A stretch of DNA of 64,000 nucleotides from an uncultured Sulfitobacter sp. (lineage in GTDB: Bacteria > Pseudomonadota > Alphaproteobacteria > Rhodobacterales > Rhodobacteraceae). The translations under genes were made by a program, and so were the position numbers. The notes beneath the pieces are model-generated. The model saw nothing but the letters and a program-made list of their open reading frames with translations, was not told where the DNA came from and did not search any database. Below are positions 37,764-46,483 of this stretch, piece after piece (position 1 is the first letter of the stretch; each line of letters begins with the position of its first letter). The stretch lies in contig CAKZPD010000015.1 in the NCBI GenBank assembly GCA_937138475.1, forward strand, positions 6,256 to 70,255, read 5' to 3'.

Positions 37764-38910
37764 AGCCTGCTGCGAGCGTTTTGAGGATTGCCGTTTCGGG
37801 AACCGACGAGGCGACGAAGGCCTGGCCGATGCCATGGGCCAGGATAAAGCGCAATTGGCCGTCGACGACCTTTTTGTCCTGGCCCATCAGGGTCAGCAGC
37901 GTCGCCGCATCGGGCAATGTGCCGGGGATATTGGCCAGGCCTTTGTGCAGGCCCATGGTGTCGAGGTGGGCGCGCACGCGGCTTGGGTCTTCCTGGGCGC
38001 AGAGCCCGAGGCGGGCCGAGAGGTCAAAGGCCATGGCACAGCCGATGGCGACGCCTTCGCCGTGTAGCAGGCGGTCGCCATAGCCGGTGGCCGCTTCGAG
38101 GGCGTGGCCGAAGGTATGGCCAAGGTTCAACAGCGCCCGTTCGCCTTGTTCGGTTTCATCGCGCGTGACGATGTCGGCCTTCATCTGCACCGAGCGGCGC
38201 ACCGCCTCTTGGCGCAGGGATGTGTCGCCTGCGGCCAAGGCTGGCCCGTTATGTTCCAGCCATTCAAAGAAGTCTGCATCGCCCAGCAGCCCGTATTTCA
38301 TGACCTCGCCGTAGCCGGCCAGGAAATCGCGGCGGCAAAGGGTGCCGAGCACGTTGATATCGGCCAGCACCAGTGACGGTTGGTGGAAGGCGCCGATCAG
38401 GTTTTTGCCCTGGGCGGCGTTGATGCCGGTTTTGCCCCCGACCGAGCTGTCGACCTGGGCCAGAAGCGAGGTGGGGATTTGCACAAAGCGCACGCCGCGG
38501 CGCAAAATGGCGGCGGCAAAGCCCACCAGATCACCGATCACCCCTCCGCCAAGCGCGATGACCAGATCGCCCCGTTCGATCTTTTGGTCAAGCAGCCAAT
38601 CGACGCATTGTTGCAGCGGCCCCCAGGATTTTGTCGCTTCGCCCGGAGGGAGGGTCAGGGCGCTGGCGCTGATCCCGGCCTGCGACAGCCCGGCGCGCAG
38701 GCCGCTTAGGTGCAGCGCGCCGACCGTTTCATCGGTGATCACCGCAACGCGTGGGCGCCGCAGCAGCGGGGCGATCAGCGTCCCGGCCCCGGTCAGCAGA
38801 TCGGCGCCGATGTGGATGTCATAGGCGCGGCCGGGCAGCGGCACATGCACGGTGGTGACATCTGCGGCCTTGTTTGCGGCAAGGGCGGTATTTGGCGGGT
38901 GGTCAGTCAT
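37762..38910 (-). CDS. aroB: 3-dehydroquinate synthase
   Basis: GGGVIGDLVGFAAA nucleotide-binding motif and aroK-aroB synteny. The ATG at 38910 overlaps the aroK stop by 8 nt. Confidence 0.95.
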   Translation of the reverse strand: MTDHPPNTALAANKAADVTTVHVPLPGRAYDIHIGADLLTGAGTLIAPLLRRPRVAVITDETVGALHLSGLRAGLSQAGISASALTLPPGEATKSWGPLQQCVDWLLDQKIERGDLVIALGGGVIGDLVGFAAAILRRGVRFVQIPTSLLAQVDSSVGGKTGINAAQGKNLIGAFHQPSLVLADINVLGTLCRRDFLAGYGEVMKYGLLGDADFFEWLEHNGPALAAGDTSLRQEAVRRSVQMKADIVTRDETEQGERALLNLGHTFGHALEAATGYGDRLLHGEGVAIGCAMAFDLSARLGLCAQEDPSRVRAHLDTMGLHKGLANIPGTLPDAATLLTLMGQDKKVVDGQLRFILAHGIGQAFVASSVPETAILKTLAAG

Positions 38911-39496
38911 GGCGGGGCTCCAGCACATCGGGGCGGGTCAGCAGTTTTTGCACCACACGTTCGGCCATCATTTCGATTGAGACTGACGGGGCGCAGTTCA
39001 CATGCAGATCGGCCTTTTGATATTGCGGCACGCGGGCGTGATAAAGATCGGTCAGGGTTTGCAGCGGGTTGCTGGTGCGCAGCAAGGGGCGCGTATCGCG
39101 GTGTTTGACGCGCGACCACAGAAGGTCGATATCGCCGTTCAGCCAGACCGAGACCCCTTTGTTATGGATATTCTGTTGGTTAAGCGGCGACATGAAAGCC
39201 CCGCCCCCGGTCGAGAGTACGCATTTCTGGCTGTCTAGCAGCCGCGAGATCACCTGGGTTTCGCGGTCGCGAAAGAAGGGTTCGCCGTCGCGGGCAAAGA
39301 TTTCTGGCACGCTCATGTTTGCTGCGACCTCGATTTCGTTGTCAGAATCAAGGAATGGCACCCCAAGCGCCAGCGCCAGCGCCCGCCCCACAGCGGTTTT
39401 TCCGGCCCCCATCAGCCCCACCAGCACGACGGTTTTCTTTAGGTCATAGTTTGGTTTGTCTGGCATTTCGGCCATGGCGTGCTCAATTTTGCTCAT
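38903..39496 (-). CDS. aroK: Shikimate kinase
   Basis: Walker A motif GLMGAGKTAVGR. The ATG at 39496 has an AGGGGAA RBS. The track ORF is over-extended. Confidence 0.9.
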   Translation of the reverse strand: MSKIEHAMAEMPDKPNYDLKKTVVLVGLMGAGKTAVGRALALALGVPFLDSDNEIEVAANMSVPEIFARDGEPFFRDRETQVISRLLDSQKCVLSTGGGAFMSPLNQQNIHNKGVSVWLNGDIDLLWSRVKHRDTRPLLRTSNPLQTLTDLYHARVPQYQKADLHVNCAPSVSIEMMAERVVQKLLTRPDVLEPRHD

Positions 39497-39578
39497 ATTC
39501 CCCTGAATGACGTGATATTGTCGAAAAGGCCATATATAAGACATAAAAAAGAGCAGCAGAAAACAAAGAGGCAAAACC

Positions 39579-39728
39579 GTGGGACGAATTTTCAAGGCCC
39601 TGATTTACCTGGCAATCATCGGGTTCATTGGGCTTGTGGGCTATGCGTATGTGGGGCCGTTTTTCGGCGTCGATTTTTCGGCGCCTCAGGTGGAAAAGCG
39701 TGTGCCCGTGACCCTTGATGGCGATTGA
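39579..39728 (+). CDS. Small (49 aa) single-pass membrane protein, not in ORF track
   Basis: GTG start preceded by an AAGAGG RBS. It encodes VGRIFKALIYLAIIGFIGLVGYAYVGPFF... Its stop overlaps the next gene's start by 11 nt. Confidence 0.5.
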   Translation: MGRIFKALIYLAIIGFIGLVGYAYVGPFFGVDFSAPQVEKRVPVTLDGD

Positions 39729-41220
39729 TCGCCCCCTGCATTGGCTGGTGGCGGGGCTGCTGGCCTTTGGTGCGGGGGGGGCGGCCGCCCAAGAGCCGCT
39801 TTCGATTATTGATTGGTTGGACACGGTTCCGACCCCCGCCGCGCCGCGCGTCATTGCGCCGCCGGCGCCGGTGATCGTGACGCCCCTGGCCGCGTCCGAG
39901 CCGACGCGCATCGGCCTTGCGCCGCCGCAGATCAGCGGCTTGGCCCATGATATCTGGCAAAGCCTGGATGGCGCGGCCTTGGCGCAAACATTGGCGGGCT
40001 TGCCGGATCAAGGCCTGCCGGCTGGGCAGGCGCTGTTGATGACGCTGCTTTTGGCCGAAACCACAAATCCCCCCGCGACCCCGCAGGCGCAGGATCAATT
40101 CCTGTTGGCCCGCGTTGATATGTTGATCCATTACGGCGCGATGGAACCGGCGCTGGCCCTGTTGCAAAGCGCCGGGGCCACGGCCACGCCGGACCGTTTT
40201 GCCCGGTTTATGGATGTGGCGCTGTTGCTGGGGCTTGAGGATGCGGCCTGTGCGCAGCTGTTGGCCCAGGCGCATTTGGCCCCGTCGCAGGCGCATCTGG
40301 TGTTTTGTCTGGCCCGTGCCGGGGATTGGCGCGGCGCCGACGTGGTGTTGGGCGCCCATATGGCCCTGGCGCAAGAGGACGCGCCGCTTGATCAGCTGTT
40401 GTTGCGGTTTTTACACCCCGATGCCTTTGAAGACAGCCCCCTGCCCGATGTCCCGCTGTCGCCGCTGATGTTCCGGTTGCGCGAAAGCATAGGAGAGCCA
40501 TTGCCGACCCGCCCCTTGCCGCGCGCCTATGCGGTGGCGGATCTGCGCGATATTGCCGGCTGGAAGGCCCAGCTGGACGCCGCGGAACGTTTGGCGCGCA
40601 GCGGCGCCTTGGCGGATAATCGTTTGTTGGGGCTTTATTCGGAACGGATTGCTGCGGCCTCGGGCGGGGTTTGGGACCGGGTGCGCGCGGTGCAACAGCT
40701 TGAAAGCGCGTTGCAAATCGGCGAAGCCGCGCGGATTGAACGGGCGTTGATCACCGCCTGGGACGTCATGTTCGAGGCCGGTCTGGCGCCGCAGCTGGCG
40801 GTGCTTTTTGCCGATCAACTGGCCGCGGTGCCCCTGCGTGGCCCGGCCCGCCAGATCGCCCTGCGGTTGCAGCTGTTGTCCCCCGGATACAGGGCCGCGG
40901 CGCAATCGGCCGGGACGGAAATTCCCGCCGTGCTGCGGGCGCTGGCGTTGGGGCAATCGGCGACGCCCCATACCCCGCTGGATGATGCCCTGCTTGAGGG
41001 CGCCATACTTGAAGAGGCGGCGCCAAACACCGCCCATCCCGCAGACCCACAGGCCCTTGGCGCCGCCCTGTTGACGGCCCTGGCCTTGTTGCAACGCGGC
41101 GCCGATGGCGATCTTGGCGCCTTAACGTCATCGCTTAATATCCTGAATATGAATGGATTTACTGACGCAGCGCGCCGGGCGTCCTTACAGATGCTTTTGC
41201 TGGCTGACGGTGGCATATGA
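39718..41220 (+). CDS. Secreted Ala/Leu-rich hypothetical protein
   Basis: 500 aa with a signal peptide (…LLAFGAGGAAAQEP) and helical-repeat-like composition. Its stop overlaps the xerD start (ATGA at 41217-41220). Confidence 0.7.
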   Translation: MAIDRPLHWLVAGLLAFGAGGAAAQEPLSIIDWLDTVPTPAAPRVIAPPAPVIVTPLAASEPTRIGLAPPQISGLAHDIWQSLDGAALAQTLAGLPDQGLPAGQALLMTLLLAETTNPPATPQAQDQFLLARVDMLIHYGAMEPALALLQSAGATATPDRFARFMDVALLLGLEDAACAQLLAQAHLAPSQAHLVFCLARAGDWRGADVVLGAHMALAQEDAPLDQLLLRFLHPDAFEDSPLPDVPLSPLMFRLRESIGEPLPTRPLPRAYAVADLRDIAGWKAQLDAAERLARSGALADNRLLGLYSERIAAASGGVWDRVRAVQQLESALQIGEAARIERALITAWDVMFEAGLAPQLAVLFADQLAAVPLRGPARQIALRLQLLSPGYRAAAQSAGTEIPAVLRALALGQSATPHTPLDDALLEGAILEEAAPNTAHPADPQALGAALLTALALLQRGADGDLGALTSSLNILNMNGFTDAARRASLQMLLLADGGI

Positions 41221-42164
41221 ATTTTGACAGCTGGATATCCACCTTTCTTGAGGCCCAAGCCGCCGAACTGGGCGCGGCCCGCAACACGCTTTTGGCCTAT
41301 GGGCGGGATCTGCGCGACGTGGCGCAATGGCTGGGGCGCAAAGGCAAGACATTTGACACCCTCAGCCAGCGCGACGCCGAAGATTACCTGGTGTTTTGCG
41401 ACCAACAGGGCCTGGCAACCAGCACCCGCGCCCGCAAGCTTTCTGCGCTCAAGCAGCTGTATCGCTTTGCCTTCGAGGAAGGCTGGCGCGCCGATAACCC
41501 GGTGGTGCAAATCAAGGGTCCGGGGCGCAGCAAACGCCTGCCAAAAACCCTCAGCTTTGCCGAGGTTGACCGCCTGCTTGTTGCGGCGCGATCCTGGGGG
41601 CGCAACACGCACGAGCGGCTGCGCAACACCTGTTTGATGGAACTGCTTTATGCCACGGGGCTGCGGGTCACCGAACTGGTCAGCCTGCCGGTCAGCGCGG
41701 CACGGGGGGATCCGGCGCTGTTGCTGGTGCGCGGCAAGGGCGGCAAGGAACGAATGGTGCCGCTGTCTTCGTCGGCCCGCGCGGCGCTGGCGGATTGGAT
41801 CAAGGTGCGTGATGACCACGACCAGGCCCAGCAGGCCAAGGGCAAGGAACCCTCGGGGTTTTTGTTTCCTGCGCGCGGGCGCGGCGGCCATATGACCCGG
41901 CACCGGTTTTACCTGCTGATCAAGGAAATCGCCGCCGCCGGCGGGGTTCAGCCGGCGGCCGTCACCCCGCATGGGCTGCGCCATGCCTTTGCCACCCACC
42001 TGCTGGCCAATGGCGCCGATCTTCGGGCCATTCAGATGCTGCTGGGCCATGCCGATATCGCAACGACCGAAATCTATACCCATGTGCTTGAGGACCGTCT
42101 TAGCGCGCTTGTCCTCAGCGCCCATCCGCTGGCCGCCAAAACCGACCCCGCCAGCAAGGCTTGA
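41217..42164 (+). CDS. xerD: Site-specific tyrosine recombinase XerD
   Basis: 315 aa. The N-terminal core-binding domain carries the NTLLAYGRDL motif. The C-terminus has HGLRHAFATHLL...GHADIATTEIYTHV with the catalytic Tyr. Confidence 0.9.
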   Translation: MNFDSWISTFLEAQAAELGAARNTLLAYGRDLRDVAQWLGRKGKTFDTLSQRDAEDYLVFCDQQGLATSTRARKLSALKQLYRFAFEEGWRADNPVVQIKGPGRSKRLPKTLSFAEVDRLLVAARSWGRNTHERLRNTCLMELLYATGLRVTELVSLPVSAARGDPALLLVRGKGGKERMVPLSSSARAALADWIKVRDDHDQAQQAKGKEPSGFLFPARGRGGHMTRHRFYLLIKEIAAAGGVQPAAVTPHGLRHAFATHLLANGADLRAIQMLLGHADIATTEIYTHVLEDRLSALVLSAHPLAAKTDPASKA

Positions 42165-42220
42165 TTGCTGGCCCCGCGCAGCCCATAACACGTTGACCCG
42201 TCACCACAAGGATACCGACC

Positions 42221-43510
42221 ATGGACCCCACCGGCGCAACATTCGACAGCGCATTTTGGATCACCTCGGGGGTGATCTTGCTGCTTTTGGTGCTGTCCGG
42301 GTTCTTTTCCGGGTCGGAAACCGCGCTGACCGCGGCCTCGCGCGGGAAACTGCGCGCCCAGGCCGACAAAGGATCAGGCGGGGCGCAGCGGGCGCTGAAA
42401 ATCACCGAAGATAATGAACGGCTGATCGGCTCGGTGCTGCTGGGCAACAACCTGGTGAATATCCTTGCCGCGTCGCTTGCCACTGCCCTCTTTACCCGCG
42501 CCTTTGGCGAAAGCGGCGTGGCGCTGGCCACGTTGGTCATGACCCTCTTGGTGCTGATCTTTGCCGAGGTGCTGCCCAAGACCTATGCCATCAGCAACGC
42601 CGAAACCGCCGCGGCGCTGGTGTCTCGCCCGATCGGAATTATCGTCATGGTGTTTTCGCCGATCGTGGCGGCGGTGCGCCTGCTGGTGCGCGGGGTGTTG
42701 CGCATTTTTGGCGTGACCATCGACCCCGACAGCCACATCCTGGCGGTGCGCGAAGAAATCGCCGGCGCCTTGCAGCTGGGCCATTCCGAAGGGGTGGTGG
42801 AAAAGGAAGACCGCGACCGCATTCTGGGCGCGCTTGACCTGGGGGACCGCACGGTCGAAGAAATCATGCTCCACCGCTCGGGCATTGAAATGATCAACGC
42901 CGATGACCCGCCCGAGGCCATCGTCGCCCAATGCCTGCAATCAAGCCACACCCGCCTGCCCGTCTATCGCGACGATCCCGAAAACATCATCGGTGTCATC
43001 CATGCAAAAGACCTGCTGCGCGCCATGTACAAGGCAGGGCAATCCACGGCGGGGGGGCTGAAAATCACCGATGTGGCCATGACCCCGTATTTCGTGCCGG
43101 AAACATCGACGCTGGATGAACAAATGCGCCAGTTTCTGCGCCGGCGCACGCATTTTGCCCTGGTGGTGGATGAATACGGATCCCTGCAAGGGCTGATCAC
43201 GCTGGAAGATATCCTAGAGGAAATCGTCGGGGAAATCACCGATGAATTCGACCCCGACGCCGACCACCCGGTCACCAAGGCCGAAGACGGCCAATACCTG
43301 ATCGACGGGGCAATGACGATCCGCGACCTCAATCGCGCCACCGACTGGAACCTGCCCGACGACGAGGCCAATACCGTCGCCGGCCTGGTCATCCACGAGG
43401 CACAAATGATCCCGGTGACCGGCCAGGTGTTCTCGTTTCACGGCTTTCGCTTCGAAGTCCTGAAACGCGATGGAAACCGAATTACCCAGTTGAAAATCCG
43501 CCCGCTTTAA
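42221..43510 (+). CDS. HlyC/CorC-family (CNNM) transporter: DUF21 membrane domain, CBS pair, CorC_HlyC domain
   Basis: 429 aa with the typical tripartite sequence (…SGSETALTA…, CBS region, C-terminal …GFRFEVL…). Confidence 0.85.
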   Translation: MDPTGATFDSAFWITSGVILLLLVLSGFFSGSETALTAASRGKLRAQADKGSGGAQRALKITEDNERLIGSVLLGNNLVNILAASLATALFTRAFGESGVALATLVMTLLVLIFAEVLPKTYAISNAETAAALVSRPIGIIVMVFSPIVAAVRLLVRGVLRIFGVTIDPDSHILAVREEIAGALQLGHSEGVVEKEDRDRILGALDLGDRTVEEIMLHRSGIEMINADDPPEAIVAQCLQSSHTRLPVYRDDPENIIGVIHAKDLLRAMYKAGQSTAGGLKITDVAMTPYFVPETSTLDEQMRQFLRRRTHFALVVDEYGSLQGLITLEDILEEIVGEITDEFDPDADHPVTKAEDGQYLIDGAMTIRDLNRATDWNLPDDEANTVAGLVIHEAQMIPVTGQVFSFHGFRFEVLKRDGNRITQLKIRPL

Positions 43511-43603
43511 CCCCAAGCCCAACGGAAAAACAGGCCAAAGGCGCCGCGCCGCCCTGCATCACCTCTGGAATAACCCTGGCCCGCCTGGCTTCTTTTGTTC
43601 TTA

Positions 43604-43704
43604 AAGCATTTCGGCTTCAACTTGAATCACCTATCGCTGCCTGAAATCAGAGATTTCAACGCAATAGGTGATGAGTGATCATTTTTGGTAAAGCCGAAAC
43701 GCTC
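43604..43704 (-). mobile_element. MITE-like hairpin element, copy A (101 bp, no coding capacity)
   Basis: Its reverse complement is about 95% identical to 49651-49752. It has imperfect terminal inverted repeats, and TA dinucleotides flank both ends (43602-43603 and 43705-43706). Confidence 0.75.
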
Positions 43705-43761
43705 TATATCCCCGCCGGAGGCTCCTGCCCGCGCCGCAAGCGCTGCGCGTGAACGGGGGCA

Positions 43762-43838
43762 CCGCGCGCGGGGGCATCGAACCCCCGCGCGCGGGCGGGC
43801 CTTGAGGGTTTCGGGCCACCCCGAAACGTTCAAGGCCC
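43762..43838 (-). other. Two consecutive GC-rich hairpins immediately 3' of the minus-strand DMGDH-family gene
   Basis: The first is a 13-bp perfect stem (43762-43774/43782-43794) with a 7-nt loop. The second is a roughly 18-bp imperfect stem (43797-43814/43821-43838). Neither has a U-tract. Confidence 0.6.
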
Positions 43839-43843
43839 GCGGG

Positions 43844-46264
43844 TTACGCCCGCAGACGTTCGCCCTTGGGATCGAAGGGTGGCTCGCTTAGGATCACCGC
43901 ATCATGGGGCTGGCCCAGCACCATGACCTGAACCGTGTCTCCGGCCACGGCGTTCTTGACGAACCCCAACGCCAGGCTTTTGCCGACGGTATAGCCATAG
44001 GCGCCCGATGTCACCCGGCCGATCCCTGCGCCGTCCTTGAAGATCGGCTCGCCGCCTGTGGCATCTGCATTGGACGCATCGGTCTGCGCCCCGTCCAGTT
44101 CAAGCAGCACCAGCGTTTCGCGCGCGGTTTTGCCAAGGGTTTCGGCGACGGCGGCTTTGTTCAGGAAATCCTTGTCCATCTTGCACAACCGATCCAGCGC
44201 CACCTCTTGTGGCCAGTATTCGGGCGAATATTCGCGCGACCAGCTGCCATAGCCTTTCTCGACCCGCAGGCTCATCAATGCGCGCGACCCCACCGGGCCT
44301 GCGCCAAAATCGCGGCCCGCATCAAGCAGGGCCTGCAACAGGCGCGCCTGGTCCTTGGCTTCGCAGTGCAGCTCCCAGCCCAGATCGCCGGTAAAGGACA
44401 CCCGCAGCGCCAGCACGGTGATCCCGGCCAGCTCGATCCACTTGGACCGCATGAACGGGAAATCCGGCGTTGCAAGCGAGGTATTGGTCAGGCGCTGCAA
44501 CATATCGCGCGATTTCGGCCCGGCGACGTTGAACCCGCACCAATCTTGCGTCTTGCTTTCAAAGGTTGTGCCCTCTGGCAGGGGCAGCTCTTTGAAGAAG
44601 CGCTTGTGATAGCGTTCGGCCATGCCAGAGCCGATGATCCAGAATTCATCCTCGGCCATGCGGGTGACGGTGAAATCCCCGGCAATGCCGCCGCGCTTGC
44701 CGATCAGCGGTGTCAGGCACGACCGTCCGACCGATTTGGGCATATTATTGGCGAAAATGCTGTTCAGCCAGCTTTCGGCATCCGGCCCCTTGCAGCGGTA
44801 TTTGGCAAAGTTCGAAATATCAATGATCCCGGCCTTTTCGCGCAGCATCTTGCATTCGCGGCCCACCGGTTCCCACCAGTTCTGGCGGGTGAACCCGTCG
44901 GTGTCCTTGGTGCCGGGCGTGTCGGCATACCACAGCGGGTGTTCCCAGCCAAAGTTAAGGCCCATGACCGCGCCCAGATCCAGCTGCATCTGATAGGCGC
45001 TGCGGGTGCGCACCGGGCGGCCTGCTTCGCGTTCTTCGTTGGGGAAATGGATCTTGAAACGGTTGGCGTATTGATCACCCACCCGCGCCTTGGTGAATTT
45101 CTTGTCGGCCCATTCGCCAAAGCGCGCCATATCCCAGGCGAACATGTCATAACGCGTCTCGCCGGTGACGATCCAATCGGCCGCCAAAAGGCCCATGCCG
45201 CCCGATTGGCTAAAGCCGGGAATGATGCCGTTGCAGCAAAAATAATTCGACAGCTCGGGCGCCGGGCCGAACAGCACGTTGGAATCAGGGGACCAGATCA
45301 TCGGCCCGTTGATCACCCGTTTGATCCCGGCGGTGCCCACCACCGGCACACGGTCGATGGCGCGCATCATGTTGTCTTCGATCCGTTCCAGATCGTCGGC
45401 GAACAGCTCGTGACCAAAGCCCGCGGGGGTGCCGTCTTCGGCCCAGAACCGCATATCCTTTTCATAGGCACCGACCAGCAGGCCTTTGCCCTCTTGGCGC
45501 AGGTAATATTCACCGTCGCGATCCGCAACGGATGGCAGGCGGCGGTCCATCGCGTCAATCTCGGCGATGGTTTCGGTGACGAAATACTGATGCTCGGTCG
45601 GTTGCAGCGGCAGGTTCAGACCGGCCATCGCCGCGACCTCGCGGCCCCAAAGACCGGCGGCATTGACCACCCATTGGGTGTGAATATCGCCCTTGGGCGT
45701 GCGCACGATCCAGCTGCCATCGGGCTGTTGTTCGGTTGCGGTTACGGGGCAAAAGCGCACGATCTCGGCGCCGTTCTGACGCGCGCCGCTGGCATAGGCG
45801 TTGGTGACGCCCGACGGATCGACGTTGCCGCCATCGGGTTCCCACATGATACAGCGAATGCCATCATAATTGACCAGCGGGTGCAGGCGCTCGGCCTCGT
45901 CGCGGGACACTTCGTGAAAGTTCATGCCATAAAGCTTGGCCTTGGCGGCCTGAAGGCGCAGCTGATGTTCGCGTTCCTTGGTTTGCGCCAGATACAGCGA
46001 TCCGGGCTGAAACACGCCGCAGCTTTGGCCGGTTTCGGCCTCAAGCTGGTTATACAGCGTCATGGTATAGTGCTGAATGCGGCTGATGTTGGTGCTGTCA
46101 TGCAACCCGTGGATGTTGGCGGCCGCGTGCCAGGTTGATCCTGATGTCAGTTCGTCGCGCTCAAGCAGAACGACATCTGTCCACCCAAGTTTTGTCAGGT
46201 GATACAAGATAGAGCAACCGATTACGCCGCCTCCGATGACGACGGCTTGGGCATGGGTCCGCAT
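43844..46264 (-). CDS. FAD-dependent oxidoreductase of the dimethylglycine/sarcosine dehydrogenase family (DAO domain + GcvT-like folate-binding domain), paralog 1
   Basis: 806 aa with an N-terminal Rossmann motif (VVIGGGVIGCS), the TSGSTWHAA flavinylation-region motif and a GcvT-like C-terminal half. I chose the ATG at 46264. Confidence 0.9.
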   Translation of the reverse strand: MRTHAQAVVIGGGVIGCSILYHLTKLGWTDVVLLERDELTSGSTWHAAANIHGLHDSTNISRIQHYTMTLYNQLEAETGQSCGVFQPGSLYLAQTKEREHQLRLQAAKAKLYGMNFHEVSRDEAERLHPLVNYDGIRCIMWEPDGGNVDPSGVTNAYASGARQNGAEIVRFCPVTATEQQPDGSWIVRTPKGDIHTQWVVNAAGLWGREVAAMAGLNLPLQPTEHQYFVTETIAEIDAMDRRLPSVADRDGEYYLRQEGKGLLVGAYEKDMRFWAEDGTPAGFGHELFADDLERIEDNMMRAIDRVPVVGTAGIKRVINGPMIWSPDSNVLFGPAPELSNYFCCNGIIPGFSQSGGMGLLAADWIVTGETRYDMFAWDMARFGEWADKKFTKARVGDQYANRFKIHFPNEEREAGRPVRTRSAYQMQLDLGAVMGLNFGWEHPLWYADTPGTKDTDGFTRQNWWEPVGRECKMLREKAGIIDISNFAKYRCKGPDAESWLNSIFANNMPKSVGRSCLTPLIGKRGGIAGDFTVTRMAEDEFWIIGSGMAERYHKRFFKELPLPEGTTFESKTQDWCGFNVAGPKSRDMLQRLTNTSLATPDFPFMRSKWIELAGITVLALRVSFTGDLGWELHCEAKDQARLLQALLDAGRDFGAGPVGSRALMSLRVEKGYGSWSREYSPEYWPQEVALDRLCKMDKDFLNKAAVAETLGKTARETLVLLELDGAQTDASNADATGGEPIFKDGAGIGRVTSGAYGYTVGKSLALGFVKNAVAGDTVQVMVLGQPHDAVILSEPPFDPKGERLRA

Positions 46265-46483
46265 GGGGATGGTCCTTGATATGAATTTCAATGTGGCGCA
46301 AATTGCACCTGTTTTTGCCCCCATTGATTGCCCGAACACGACATATTCCGTCGGCGGTTTTACAGCCTGGCGATTATTTCACCCCTGATCACTGACTGCG
46401 ACATGCTGTGTCGCAAAAAAACAATGCAACCGTGTATGTTTCCGCTTAGCCTGCGCAAAACACCCTGAGCAAAAGGCAATCTT

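Noticed and set aside
41217-42164. The tyrosine recombinase as an integrase of a mobile element linked to the repeat-bracketed module.
   Set aside because: The sequence and length fit housekeeping XerD, with its typical N-terminal and RHRY-type C-terminal motifs. It lies outside the repeats and is separated from them by a CorC-type transporter gene.
46397-46415. Perfect palindrome TGCGACA-N5-TGTCGCA in the divergent promoter region between the two DMGDH-family genes. A similar one, GGATTGT-N6-ACAATCC, lies at about 55586-55605 between dksA and moxR.
   Set aside because: 7-bp inverted repeats with short spacers are expected dozens of times by chance in 64 kb. Position in a promoter region is the only supporting argument. 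These are noted as candidates but not as supported operator sites.
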